Shown here piece by piece: positions 12,186-24,829 of a DNA stretch of 64,000 bases. A program made the translations under genes and the position numbers. The notes beneath the pieces were generated by a model. It saw only the letters and a program-made list of their open reading frames with translations. It searched no databases and was not told the origin of the DNA. Origin of the DNA: Chiloscyllium plagiosum (lineage: Eukaryota); the NCBI RefSeq assembly GCF_004010195.1, contig NC_057753.1, positions 372,536-436,535 of the forward strand, read 5' to 3'. Each line of letters begins with the position of its first letter. Within the stretch, counting starts at the first letter, position 1.

Positions 12186-12500
12186 TGCTGAAAAGGACAC
12201 CATTTCTGTCAAAGATTTTTCGCTCCAGATGTAAGGACGTTCACACCAATGCAAAGGAGAACAATATTTGACACTGTACGAGTAGATATTGTTGATTGGT
12301 TGGCGAGTGAGCTCTGGTACAGTGGTTGCTATGGGGAATACACCAGTTAGATGATGACTGACAGTTCGCTATCAAGGCAATGCTTCTGCCAAACAAAGTC
12401 CACTTGACACCCACTTTTTACACTAATACTCGCTAAACTGTTGCTTCCTTCACACTTGACATCCTTGTGAATGTGCTGACGAGTGCAAGGTGAAACGTTT
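12186..12500. mobile_element. Degenerate Penelope-like pLTR element (family E)
   Basis: CTGACGA-GTGCAAGGT-GAAACGTTT core at about 12476-12499 with a decayed inverted arm at about 12190-12250. Confidence 0.4.
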
Positions 12501-12968
12501 GTTCTGGCCTGGGCCAGACTCCCAAAAAATGTGTTCAGGTAGCCCAGACCCTAACTTTCTCTTATTGTAAAGGCAGATGTGAAGTGGACATTCCAGGTGT
12601 GATACCGCTGGTCAAACCACTCGGCTTTAAGCAAAAAGGAATTTATTTAAACACTACAATTGAAACACAAACAAAAGAAAATGAAATTTAGAATAAATGT
12701 AAGTATTAGAAAACCCGATACAGCAACTTAACTAAGGAGCTGTTCCAATCCAGTAACATCCCATAAGTACACCCCTGGGTAAAAAGGGAAATTCAAACAC
12801 AGGTTCGGACAGGCAGAAGGGAACAACATCCAAAGAGATTTCAGAGAGAAAGTCAGTTGCTGAAGCTTGCAACCTTTCTGGACTCCAGCATCTTGTGACT
12901 GCCACAGCTTTACCAAATGAGAAAAAACCTGAACTGGCCACTCCCATGACATTATTTAAAAAACCCAA
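12501..12968 (-). mobile_element. LTR-like repeat fragment (related pieces at about 4860-5045 and 21765-21820)
   Basis: Shared motif CTGGTCAAACCACT...TTTAAGCAAAA...TTTATT in three places. Confidence 0.4.
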
Positions 12969-12970
12969 GA

Positions 12971-13275
12971 ACGGCACAGTGGCTCAGTAGTTAGCTCTGC
13001 TGCCTCACAGAGCCGGGTTTGATGCCAGCCTCGGGGCGACTGTTTGTGTGGCGTTTGCAAATTCTCCCCGTGCCCGTGTGGGTTTGCTGTGGTTTCCTCC
13101 CACGGTCCAAAGATGTGCAGGTTAGGGTGAATTGGCAATGCTAAATTGCTCAAAGTGTTAGGTGCATTAGTCAGAGGGGAAATGGGTCTGGGTGGGTTAC
13201 TCTTTGGAGGGTCGGTGTGGACTGGTTGGGCCAAAGGGCCTATTTCCATACTGTAGGGAATCTAATCTTAATCTA
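12971..13275 (+). mobile_element. HE1/V-SINE
   Basis: Head, V-domain and (TCTAA)n tail. Confidence 0.88.
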
Positions 13276-13537
13276 AAGTGACAGCATGGTCATGAGTTTC
13301 AACAAAACAGGTTTTTTTTTCAGCAGTGCACAGAGACAAAAGCAACACTAGGAAAGACCTTTTTTGTTAATGCAATGAGAGGTTCGGACATGGAATGTAC
13401 TACCTGAGAGATTGGAGGAAGAGTCGCCCCTCAACCTTCAGAAGGGAATGAGATAATTATTTGTGAAGCAAATGTTTGCAGGGTGACGTGCAAAAGGTGC
13501 AAGAGTGAAATGTAGCTCAGGAAAGATGTGCTGGAAC

Positions 13538-13830
13538 CATAGAACGTGGAACAATACAGCACAGTACAGGCCCTTTGGCCCTCGATGTTGTGCCGACCTG
13601 TGGAACCAATGTGAAGCCCATCTAACCAACACTATTCCATTTACATCCATATGTTTATCCAATGACCATTTAAATGCTCTTAAGGTTGGCGAGTCTACTG
13701 CTGTTGCAGGCAGTGTGTTCCACACCCCTACTACTCTCTGAGTAAAGAAACTACCTCTGACATCTGTCCTATATCTATCACCCTTCGATTTAAAGCTGTG
13801 TCCCCTCACGCTGGCCATCACCATCCAAGA
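13538..13830 (-). mobile_element. CR1 LINE 3' end (distinct subfamily; plus copy at 36015-36548)
   Basis: RGHSFK...FFTQRVVGVWNTLP motif and 3' tail. Confidence 0.8.
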
Positions 13831-13904
13831 ACTATGTATTAGAATTGCAGATAATACATTAACTTACTGTTGTCATGCGTAACTATGTAGGTGTAGTGGT
13901 AGGA

Positions 13905-14258
13905 TTAAAAATCACACAACACCAGGTTATAGTCCAACAGGCTTATTTAGAAGCACACTAGCTTTCGGAGCACCGCTCCTTTATCAGATGGTTGTGGAGT
14001 ATAATATTGTAGGACACAGAATTTATAGCAAAAGCGGTATAACTGAATTAATATAATAATCATAATCTATCTTGTCCATCACTGATTCAACATCTTGCAT
14101 TCAACCTCAAATCTCAATATATACTTTCAGTTACACCACGTTGTAAACTTTTGCTAAAACTTCTGTGTCCTACAATCTTATATTCCACACCACCTGATGA
14201 AGGAGCAGCACTTCGAAAGCTAGTGCCCACCCCAGCCCAACACCGGATCCTCAAAATC
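13905..14258. mobile_element. Palindromic Penelope-derived element (family B, long spacer)
   Basis: Inverted arms; CCTGATGAAGGAGCAGCACTTCGAAAGCTAG at about 14193-14223; TSD AGGATTAAA at 13901-13909 and 14259-14267. Confidence 0.75.
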
Positions 14259-14721
14259 AGGATTAAACCTGATATCTTCAAACCGGGTCATTACGAGTTA
14301 GCTGAACATGAGAATGGGTGATTGAAGACAAGTGGGTAATTACTGGGTAAGTGCAAGATGGTTGTCATGGGCAACCATATGACGCCTGGAGGATGGTGTT
14401 TCATACAATGGAATGTCTGGAAAAGTGCTGAAAGCACAGGATAATATTAATAGCAGGACACTGGTTAGACTCCACCTCAGAGTGCGGTCACAGTCGGTTA
14501 AGTTCTTCAGACCAGCCATTGTGAAGCAGTGTCTCAGATGGGCAGAAGGCTCATTGTTAGATATGTTGGACATGTCTAAAGTAGTTTCGCTAATTGGCTT
14601 GCATATGTTTCGAGTATATCTAAAGTAGATTATGTAGTTTCAACTAACAGATGTGCTCATTAGTTTGCATGTGTTTCCAACACATATACTGTTAAATATA
14701 TATTTACTGCTTAACATCAAT

Positions 14722-15055
14722 CATAGAATTCCCTACAATGTAGAAACAGGCCATTCAGCCCAACAACTCCACACCAACCCTCCAGTCAGTAACCCACCCA
14801 GACCCATTCCCCTACACTATTATCCTATATTTCACCCTGACTAATGCACCTAATCTTCACACCCCAAACACTATGAGCAATTTAGCATGGCCAACTCACC
14901 TGACCTGCACATCTTTGGACTGTGGGAGGAAACTGGAGCACCCGAAAGAGACCCACGCAGACATGGGGAGAATGTGCAAACTCCACACAGACAGTCCACA
15001 CAGATGACTGGAATTGAACCCGGGTCCCTGGCGCTGTGAGGCAGTAGTGCCGCCC
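14722..15055 (-). mobile_element. HE1/V-SINE
   Basis: Tail, V-domain and tRNA head on the minus strand. Confidence 0.88.
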
Positions 15056-15119
15056 CAGTAAATATATACGTTTACTGATTAATATCCACTTTGTTTCTAA
15101 ATAACCACCAATAAATCTC

Positions 15120-16770
15120 ACATTTATCTAATCAAACTGCATCTGCCTCTCCTCAGCCCATCTGATCAAGATCCTGTTGTAATCTGAGGTATCTTCGCTG
15201 TCCACTACACCATTAATTCTGGTGTCATCTGCAAATTTGCTAACCATACCTCCCATACTCCCATCCAAAAAGTATCCAAACACTTACGGAATTATGGTCA
15301 CTATTCCCAAAATGCTGCCCCACTGAAGCTTTCATCAGCTGGCCGGGCTTATTTTCCAGTATGTGCCACCTCCCTCATCTGTACACTGGTTCAAAAAGCT
15401 CTCCAGGACACTCCTGTCACATTTCTCTCCATCCAAAATCCCGGCACTAAGGGATTCCCGGTCACTATGGGGGAGGTTAAAATCACTCACCACAACAGCC
15501 CCATTTTTCCAGAGGCTGAAGACATCTCCCTTCCTCTATCTCCCACTGGCAGGTGGGAGGTCTGCAGTCCAATCCCAGCGTTGGACCCTTCCTATTCCTG
15601 AGCTCTACCCATAATGCAAAATCCCTCCAGAAGTGCGCTCCCTCAACACAGCTGTGACATGCTCCCTCACTAGTAAGGCAACTCCCTCACCTCTTCTGCT
15701 GCTTCCTCTGTCTTGTCTCACATGTCAATACCCTGGAACATTAAACTGCCAATCCTCACACTCTTTCAACCATGTTACAACTAGGGGTGTCAGTGTGGGT
15801 TTCCTCCGGGTGCTCCGGTTTTCTTCCACAGTCCAAAGATGTGCAGGTCTGGTGAATTGGCCATGCTAAATTGCCCATAGTATGAGGTGAATTAGTCAGA
15901 GGGAAATGGGTCTGGGTGGGTTACTCTTCAGGGGGTTGGTGTGGACTGGTTGGGTTGAAGGGCCTGTTTCCACACTGCAGGGAATCTAATCTAATCTAAA
16001 CCCTCCTGTTTAATTTAATCCAGCAACACAGAAAAGATTTATCCCATGCAGTAATCTGTGAAAATTTGAGAGGCCAAGAACTATTTCAAGTAAAAATTAA
16101 CAACTTTATTTCTTAAAGTGTAACAGAGAATAGTTAACGAACAACTATTTACAACTCCTTCCTCTAACCTATCTTTTACTTTCCCTGCTATAATACTAGT
16201 CCAATAAAACGCCTGATTAAGATTTACGAAAAATACAAATTTCAAAACCAACCAGCTGTCGAATCTTCCTCTGTAGATTTTCTTCTGCTTAGGATTTCTC
16301 TTTCACCGGTCATTCATAGATAAAGATACCTGTAAGAGAGCGAATTTTCCAGGCAGACTGCAGATATTGAAGGCTTGGCAGTTCTTTCTCTACTGTTCAC
16401 GTTTTCCCATTTCTTACATCCCAAAGCATCAGATTGTGTCAATGGTTTTAAGGTTGTCAATATACTCAATTTAAACTAGATTGGAGTTGGGTGTTTTTTG
16501 GACATAATTTAAACTGATTGGCTGCATGTGAATTTGTTTTTGTATCCAGGCAACCATCTACTCCAGCTGCTGGACCACATGTTACATTGTAAATTCTCCA
16601 TCTCTCTGTGTGCCTCTCCAAGTCCTTCACTCTCTTAAAGGTACAGCACACTTCTACACCTTCATAACAACCATGTCTTTGTGATCACAACAGTATCATG
16701 AATTAATCCAGACTCTAAGTTCATCTATTTTACCTGTTATCAAAATGCATTAATGTCTTGTGTAGTTTTA
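15120..16770 (-). mobile_element. Fragmented CR1 LINE (RT and endonuclease pieces), host of a solo LTR
   Basis: Reverse-strand FADDT and APE-endonuclease-like remnants flank the LTR. Confidence 0.65.
15773..16669 (-). mobile_element. Solo LTR with nested HE1 SINE (about 15790-15997)
   Basis: TGTTA...TAACA termini; 4-bp TSD ACCA at 15769-15772 and 16670-16673; reverse complement of the 20419-21118 copy. Confidence 0.8.
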
Positions 16771-16937
16771 GCAAATCCTCACTATTTTGTATACTCCGTT
16801 CCCTTTGAAATAAGACACAGTGATCCATTTCTTGTTGCCTGCCAAATTTGAAAGCTGGCTTTAGTAATTCATGCAGAAGGACCCCAGAATCCATCCGTGT
16901 TGTACCTTTCTCCAAAGCTCCAAGAGAATCTCTGTGC

Positions 16938-18750
16938 GGGTGGCAGGGTGGCTCAGTGGTTAGCACTGCTGCCTCACAGCGCCAGGGACCTGGGTTCAAT
17001 TCTAGACTTAGGTGACTGTCCATGTGGTGTTTGCACATTCTCCCCGTGTCTACGTGGATCTCATCCGGGTGCTTTCGTTTTCTGCCACAATCCAAAGATG
17101 TGCAGGTTAGGGTGGATAGCCCATGCTAAATTACCCATAGTGTCCAGGGATATGCAGGTTAGGGTGGATTGGCCATGCTAAATTTCCCAGAGTGTCCATG
17201 GATGTGCAGATTAGGTGAATTAGCTATGCTATATTACCCATAGTACCCAGGGATGTGCAGATTAGGTGAATTAGCTATGCTATATTACCCACCAGAGTGT
17301 CCATGGATGTGCAGATTAGGTGAATTGGCTATGCTAAATTACCCATAGTACCCAGGGATGTGCAGATTAGGTGAATTAGCTATGCTATATTACCCATAGT
17401 GCCCAGGGATATGCAGATTAGGTGAATTAGCCATGCTAAATTAGCCATAGTACCCAGGGATATGCAGATTAGGTGAATTGGCCATGCTAAATTACCCATA
17501 GTGCCCAGGGATATGCAGGTTAGGGTGGATTGGCTATGCTAAATTTCCCATAGTGCCCAGGGATGTGCAGGTTAGCGTGAATTGGCCATGCTAAATTACC
17601 CATAGTGTCCAGGGATGTGCAGGTTAGGGTGAATTGGCCATGCTAAATTATCCATAGTACCCAGGATGTGCAGGTTAGGGTGAATTGGCCGTGCTAAATT
17701 ACCCATAGTGCCCAGGGAGGTGCAGATTAGGGTGAATTGGCCATGCTAAATTACCCATAGTGCCCAAGGTTGTGCAGGCTAGGGTGAATTGGCTATGCTA
17801 AATTACCCATAGTGCCCAGGGATGTGCAGGTTAGGGTGAATTGGCCATGTTAAATTACCCATAGTGCCCAGGGATGTGCAGGTTAGGGTGGATTGGCCAT
17901 GCTAAATTACCCATAGTCAAGAATGTGGTGTTGGAAAAGTGCAGCAGGTCAGGCAGGCTCCGAGGAATGGGAGAATTGATGTTTTGGGCATTAGCCGTTC
18001 GTCAGGCTCATAGTGTTCAGGGATGTACAAGTTAGGGTGCTAAATTGCCCAGTGTTAGAGGATATGCAGGTTAGGGTGGATTGGCCAGGCTAAATTACCC
18101 ATAGTGCCCAGAGATGTGCAGGTGAGGGTGGATTGGCTGTGCTAAATTACCCATAGTGCCCAGGGATGTGCAGGTTAGGGTGAATTGGCCATGCTAAATT
18201 ACCCATAGTCAAGAATGTGGTGTTGGAAAAGAGCAGCAGGTCAGGCAGCATCTGAGGAACGGGAGAATTGATGTTTTGGGCATTAGCCGTTCATCAGGCT
18301 CATAGTGTTCAGGGATGTGCAAGTTAGGGTGCTAAATTGCCCAGTGTTAGAGGATTTGCAGGTTAGGGTGGATTGGTCATGCTAAATTACCCATAGTGCC
18401 CAGGGATGTGCAGGTTAGGGTGGATTGGCCATGCTAAATTTCCCAGAGTGTCCATGGATGTGCAGATTAGGTGAATTGGCCATGCTAAGTTACCCATAGT
18501 GACCAGGGATGTACAGGTTAGGGTGGATTGGCCATGTTAAATTACCCATAATGCCCAGGGATGTGCAGATTAGGTGAATTGGCCATGCTCAATTAGCCAC
18601 AGTGCCCAGGGATGTGTAGGTGTGGTGCATTAGTCAGGGGTAAATGTAAAGTAATAGGTTAGGGGAATGGGTCTGGGTGGGTTAGTCTTCAGAGAGTCGG
18701 TCTGGCTCTGTTGGACTGAAGGGCCTGTTTCCACACTGTTGGGATTCCAT
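16938..18750 (+). mobile_element. HE1/V-SINE expanded by an internal tandem array
   Basis: Normal head and tail separated by about 1.5 kb of 52-bp repeats. Confidence 0.88.
17096..18625 (+). repeat. 52-bp SINE-derived tandem array, roughly 25 units, with a 292-bp higher-order duplication
   Basis: Unit GGGATGTGCAGGTTAGGGTGAATTGGCCATGCTAAATTACCCATAGTGCCCA; Penelope fragment repeated at 17916 and 18208. Confidence 0.92.
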
Positions 18751-19252
18751 GATTAAGATGGCGTTGGAGTACTAGAGCTCTTGCCTGGGGCTCATCTGCT
18801 TTCTTTTCACTTCTGCTCTTTTTCTTTGGTGGTTTTGTTATTTTGTTTTCCCATCCTTTGGTGAGTGAGTCAGCAGTATTTGGCACAGCAGATGAGAACA
18901 GACTGTGTGCAGAGTGGTCTGCAGGCGTAGCTCCTCCCAGTGATCGGAGGGGTCAGCAGCAGACCCTTCGCGTGCTGGTGCTCCTGGCCTGGCCATGGAG
19001 CCGGGGACTCCTGGTTGCTGGCAAGGCCATGGCTGCAGCGTGTTGTGCCCGCAATCAGGGACTCCTGGTTGTAGTGTGCCCTGTAAGTGGCCACTCCTGG
19101 CCTTGGCAAGGCCACGGCTGCAGCGTGCTGCACCTGGAGTGGAGACTCCTGGTTATCGGCGAAACAGTAACGGCAGAAAGCCTGGGACTCCTGGTTGTAG
19201 GGCGAGAGTGGGTTCAGCCTGGGAACTCAGTGGCAACATTGGCACAGCATGG

Positions 19253-20168
19253 TGTTACAAGACTGAAGTCGTGTATTGTACCTTTAAGAGAGAGCGAATG
19301 CTGTTCTGAACTGAGAACTTACACACACCTATATACAGGTATCCCTCACATTTCGAAAGTTCCCCTTACACCACTTTGCTTTTACGAAAGACCTACATCA
19401 GTACCTTTTCTGCTAACCAAAAGAAATCCAAAGAGGATTTTTGCTTTTATGAGAAAAGGCAACATTTTTCCGGTATACATTAATGCTTCTTCGCTTTACA
19501 CCATTTCATAGGAACGCTCTACTTTCAGATAGTGGGAGATACCTCTATGTGTCTAGATGGAAGTCCCAGAGTGTACTGGAAAATTGAAAATATGTAACAT
19601 TTGGATGTGAAATGGATACCTGAGTTTTGGTCGAATTGAAACCAATCAGTTGAAATTATCCCAGGATACTAAAACCCAATCGAGTTTGAAATTATTGTTT
19701 TGCCAACATCAAACCAATGAGACAATCTGATGTTGGGGATATTAAAGTGCGGACTGGAGAGAGAGCAAATGCCATTGAGACAGACTTTCGGAATTAGGAA
19801 ACATTCTCTATCAAAGGTACCTTCTCATAAGAAACATACAGTAAAAAGGGAGACAACCCAGGGAATTTAGCAGCTGGTAGAGGGAAGTCACAGAAGATGA
19901 CAGGTTTTGAAATTAACTTGATGTAATTTTAATAAGTATCTTATCGGAACAGCATATTGTTAGAGAGTTGGAGGCGGTTAATAGGCTGTTAAGAGAAGCG
20001 GGGGTGTTCAGAATTCTGAATAGTTGTTCAATAGATCAATATTATTTTCTTTACATAGTAGAATTTGGGAGTTCTCTGACACTCATATTTTAACAGATTT
20101 TAGGGTGAGATGAGCGTTTCTGGGTGTTAGGTTTAATTAACAGAGGATTTCACCGCCCTGCCATAATA
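19253..20168 (+). mobile_element. Solo LTR, related to 20419-21118
   Basis: TGTTAC start, CATAATA end; GTACCTTTAAGAGA and AACCAATCAG motifs shared with the other copies. Confidence 0.7.
19336..19545. mobile_element. Tc1/mariner (Tigger/pogo-like) MITE
   Basis: About 25-bp TIRs CAGGTATCCCTCACATTTCGAAAGT / ACTTTCAGATAGTGGGAGATACCTC flanked by TA on both sides. Confidence 0.78.
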
Positions 20169-20282
20169 GTAGCAGCTGCTATGTTGGTGGGTTCAGTGGA
20201 GGAGGGATGGCGGTGCAGGTGGTGAGCCGACTCAGGACTCATGGTGGGTGCCCACGGAATGAAGATACACTCTATTTCAGTT

Positions 20283-21760
20283 ATTGAGTCAAAGAGATGT
20301 ACAGCACGGAAACAGATCCTTCGGTCCAACTCATCCATGCCGACCAGATATCCCAACCCAATCTAGTCCCGTTTGCCAGCACCCGGCCCATATCACTCTG
20401 AACCCTTCCTATTCATATTGTTATGAAGATGTGGATGTACCTTTTAAGAGAATTAAAAGCAGCAGAATTACCAGACACAACACAAAGTGTTCTTTATCAG
20501 GCAACAATGTATATAACACTCGATTAGCTCGTTGCCTGGAGAAAAAAAACAAATTCAAATTCAGCCAATCAGTTTAATATACCCTCCAAAAAATACCAAT
20601 TTCCAATCCGGTTTGAATTGAGTATACTGACAATCTTAAAAGTCAATGGCGCAATCCGATGCTCTGGGGATATAAGACCAGGGGAAAATTGAACAGTTGG
20701 GAGGAGAACTGCCAAGTCCTAGCATGTAACAGACTACTTGAAAAAATATCTCTCTTAAAAGATTAGTAGCCTGTAATGCAGAAATTCCTAACAAGGAGAA
20801 AAGAAGATGCAGGAAGATCCGAAGACAAGAAACTACAGCTGCCTGGTTTTGAGATAAGAAGTGTTGTTTTGTAAATCTTAATTGAGAGTTTTATCGAACT
20901 AGTATGATAGAAGGGAAGGTAAAAGATAGATTAGAGAAAGAATTTGTAAATAGTGATTAGTTAATTATTCTCTGTTATACTTTAAGAAAAAAAGTTGTTA
21001 ATTTTTACTTTACACAGTTCTTGACCACTCATTTTTTTACGGATTACTGCACGGGATAAATCTTTTCTGTGTTGCTGGTTTTAAATTAAACAGGAGAGTT
21101 TACTGCCATGTTGTAACAATACACCCATCCAGATGCCTTTTAAATGTTGCAATTATACCAGCCTCCACCACTTCCTCTAGCAGCTCATTCCAAACACGTA
21201 CCACCCTCTGCATGAAAAAGTTTCCCCTTGGGTCTCTTATATCTTTTCCCTCTCTCCCTAAACCCTATGCCCTCTAGTTGTGGACTCCCCCACACCAGGG
21301 AAAAGACTTTGTCTATTTACCTTATCCATGCCCCTCATGATTTTATGAACCTCTATAAGGTCACCCCTCAGCCTATGACAGTCCAGGGAAAACAGCCCCA
21401 GCCTATTCAGCCTCTCCCTGTAGCTCAAATCCTCCAACCCTGGCAACATCCTTGTAAATCTTTTCTGAACCCTTTCAAGTTTCACAACATCTTTCCAACC
21501 CTTAAGTGTATAAGTCCTGCTAAGATTTGCTTTCCCAAAATGCAGCACCTTGCATTTATCTAAATTAAACTCCATCTGCCACTTCTCAGCCCATTGGCCC
21601 ATCTGGTCCAGATCCTGTTGTAATCTGAGGTACCTACACCTCCAATTTTGGCGTCATCTGCAAAGTTACTAACTGTACCTCTTATGCTCACAACCAAACC
21701 ATTTATATAAATGATGAAAAGCAGCGGACCAAGCACCAATCCTTTGGTACTCCACTGGTC
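20283..21760 (-). mobile_element. CR1 LINE 3' portion
   Basis: GLVLGPLLF...FADD and WQMEFNLDKC motifs; 3' UTR split by an LTR. Confidence 0.88.
20419..21118 (+). mobile_element. Solo LTR, 700 bp
   Basis: TGTTA...TAACA termini; TSD ATAT/ATAC (3 of 4 match); cleanly interrupts a CR1 3' UTR. Confidence 0.82.
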
Positions 21761-22124
21761 AGAGGAGAGATGCAGCTGGTCAAACCACTTAGTTTTAAAC
21801 AAAACAATTTATTTACAAGTTGACACCAGGGACCTGGTCTTGGTTCCGCCCTTGGGGCAACTGCGTGGAGTTTGCCGGGAGGCAGCAGTGCTAACCACTG
21901 AGCCACCATGCCACCCACAACCATGCCAATCTGGTCCGAGGTAATCTCCTGCTGGCTCGGCCATCTGGAGGACTGCCCCAGCACTGTAGGAAAACCATCC
22001 AGGTCTTGCTGCACTTGAACATAGATGGCTTCAAGATCTGTGGAGTCGCGAATGGAGCTGGACAACACACAGTTGTTGATGACCATCCCCCCACTTTTGA
22101 CCATATGGTGGAAGGATATCGAAA

Positions 22125-24070
22125 AGGGAAGAGGGTAGTTAAGGTGAATGTTGGTCTTTTGGGAGACAACACCAGAGAGTTGATAGTGGGGTATACTGCA
22201 ATGGCAAAGATGTTAAATCAATACTTTGCCTCAGTTTTTACAGTGGTACCATTCCTGTTGGAACGGGCAAGTCAGAGGCTATACAAAGGGTAGAACCTAA
22301 ATAATCAACGTCCACAGGGAAAAGCAAACTATTAGGATTTAGGGCAGACAAGTCCCCTGGGTCTGATTGCCTACATCCCAGGACACTAAAGGAAGTGGCA
22401 GCGGATATCCATTGGTTACAATATTCCAAAATTCCCTGGATACAGAGAAGGTTCCAGTGGATTGGAAAATGGCTAACGTAACGTTCTTATCCAAAAAGGG
22501 AGGGTGGCAAAATGTGGGAAATTACAGACCAGTTAGTTTAACATCTACTGTTGAGAAAATGTTAGAATCACTTATCAAGGAAGCAGCATTTGGAAAGTCA
22601 AAACTCTATCCATCAGAGTCACTATGGTTTGATGAAGGGCAAATCATTGTTTGACTAACTTGTTAGCGTCCTTCAAAGGCGCAATGAGCAAAGTAGATAA
22701 TGGGTATCTTATAGATGTAATATATGAGGACTTCCAGAAGACATTTGATGAGGTGCCACACAAAAGATTCATTCACAAGATTGGATCATATGGGATTAGG
22801 GGTAATTTATGATCTTGGATAGATGACTGGCTGATGGACAGAAGAGAGAGTCAGGATTTTTTTTTCCTGGATGGCAAGATGTAACTAGTGGCTTGCCACA
22901 AGGTTCAGTCCTTGGGCCCCACTATTTACAATCTACATTAACGAATTGGATACAGGGATAGAAGGCTCTATAGCCAAATTTGCAGATGACAGAAAAATAG
23001 GTGGGACAGTAAACTGCAATGAGGAAATAAGAACCTTACAAATCTAGATAGGTTAGGAGAGTGGGCCCAAATGTGGCAGATGGAGTTTAAGGTGGATAAG
23101 TGTGAGGTCATGCATTTAGGTTGAAAAAACAGGAAGGTGACCTATTATCTAAATGGGGAGAGACTTTGGGGTGCTCTGGTGCAGAGGGATCTGGGTATCC
23201 TCATTCATGAGTCATAGAAAACTAGCATGCAGGTACAACAGGTAATAAAGAAAATGAATGCAATGCCAGCTTTTATAGCTAAAGGAATAGAATATGAAGG
23301 TAAGGAAGTGTTGCTGCAACTATACATGGCATTGCTGAGGCCGCACTTCGAGGATTGGGCGCAGACTTTGGTCCCCTTATTTCAGGAAAGATGTAGTGAC
23401 ATTGGAGGCAGTTCAGCGGATGTTCACGAGTGGGTTAGGTGAATTGGTCATGCCATATTGCCCATAGTGTTCAGGGATGTGCAGGTTAGGTGCATTAGTC
23501 AGGGGTAAATGTGGAATAATAGGGGAAGAGGAATGGGTTGGGGTGGGTTACTCTTCAGAGGGTCGGTGTGGACTTGTTGGGTCAAAGGGCCTGTTTCCAC
23601 ACTGAAGAGATTCTACAATTCTATGTGGGCTTTGTCATATGAGGAGAGATTGAATGGTTTTGGCATATACACCCTGGAATTTAGAGGAATGAGGGGAAAT
23701 CAAATTGGGGTATTTGATGATAAAAGGTGTGGATCAAATAGACGTGGATTGGATACTTCCTCTTGTGGGGCATTATGGGACGACAGGTCATAATTTTAAG
23801 AAAAGGGCTAGCAAATTTAAAACAGAAGTGAGGAGAAACTGCTTCTCCCGAAGGGTTATGAATCTGTAGGATTCGCTACTCCAGAGTGCGGTGGATGCTG
23901 GGACAGAGAGTAAATTTAAGGAGGAGTTAGACAGATTTTGAATTGGTGATGGGGTGAAGGGTTATGGGGAGAAGGCAGGAAAATTGGGGTGAGGAGCAGA
24001 TCAGCCACGATTGAATGGTGGAGCAGACTCGCTGGGCCGAATAGCCTAATTCTGCTCCTATATCTGACGA
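22125..24070 (+). mobile_element. CR1 LINE ORF2 (RT) remnant with 3' UTR; partial HE1 SINE inside (23430-23622)
   Basis: VPVDWKMANVT...NYRPVSLTS, KFADD and WQMEF motifs with many stops and frameshifts. Confidence 0.88.
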
Positions 24071-24469
24071 GCTTCTGAAAGGTCATTTTGATAAAGCAAC
24101 TGAAGATGGTTGGAGCTAGGACCCTACCCTGAGGAACCCCTGCAGAGATGTCTTGGAGCTGAGATGACTGACCTCCAACCACCACAACCATCTCTCAATG
24201 GAGAGTAGGCCCATTCTCATTAAGTTCTGTTTTGACTCTTTGATGCCACACTGGGTCAAGTGTGGCCTTGATGTCTCAGCGACTCTTACACATGCAATTC
24301 AGGTTCAAGTTAAGACTATGGATCAGATTTTTAATTGAAAGGCGAGTCTCCATTAAAATACAAAGTCGCAAGTACTCATGTACGGAGTCTTAATATATCA
24401 CATCCATTACCACCATAAGTGCAAAACACAAATGAAAATCGATGAGCTTTCTCTCTGCAGTCGATACTA

Positions 24470-24790
24470 GTGGCTCAGTGGTTAGCACTGCTGTCTCACA
24501 GTACCAGGAACCCAGGATCGATTCCAGCTGTCTGGTGTGGAGTTTGCACATTCTCTCTGTGTGGGTTTCCTCTGGGTGCTCTGGCTTTGTCCCACAGTCC
24601 AAAGATGTGCAAGTTAGGGTGAATTGGCCATGCTAAATTGCCCATAGTGTTCAGTGGGTTAGGTACATTAGTCAGGGGTAAAATGAGAGTAATAAGTTAG
24701 GAGAATGGGTCTGGGTGAGTCACTCTTCCGAAGGTCGGTGTGGACTTGTTGGGCCGAATGGCCTGTTTCCACACTGTAGGGATTCTATGA
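24470..24790 (+). mobile_element. HE1/V-SINE
   Basis: Head, V-domain, tail. Confidence 0.87.
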
Positions 24791-24829
24791 TTTCTCTGAA
24801 GTCCTGTTGGTTGTGCTCTAAGACGCGTT

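Larger units (their letters stand above)
18755..20282 (+). mobile_element. GC-rich non-autonomous element with AAGATGGCG head, interrupted by an LTR
   Basis: Head resembles 4257. Internal GACTCCTGGTT repeats at 19005-19200. Body resumes after the LTR at 20169. Confidence 0.45.
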
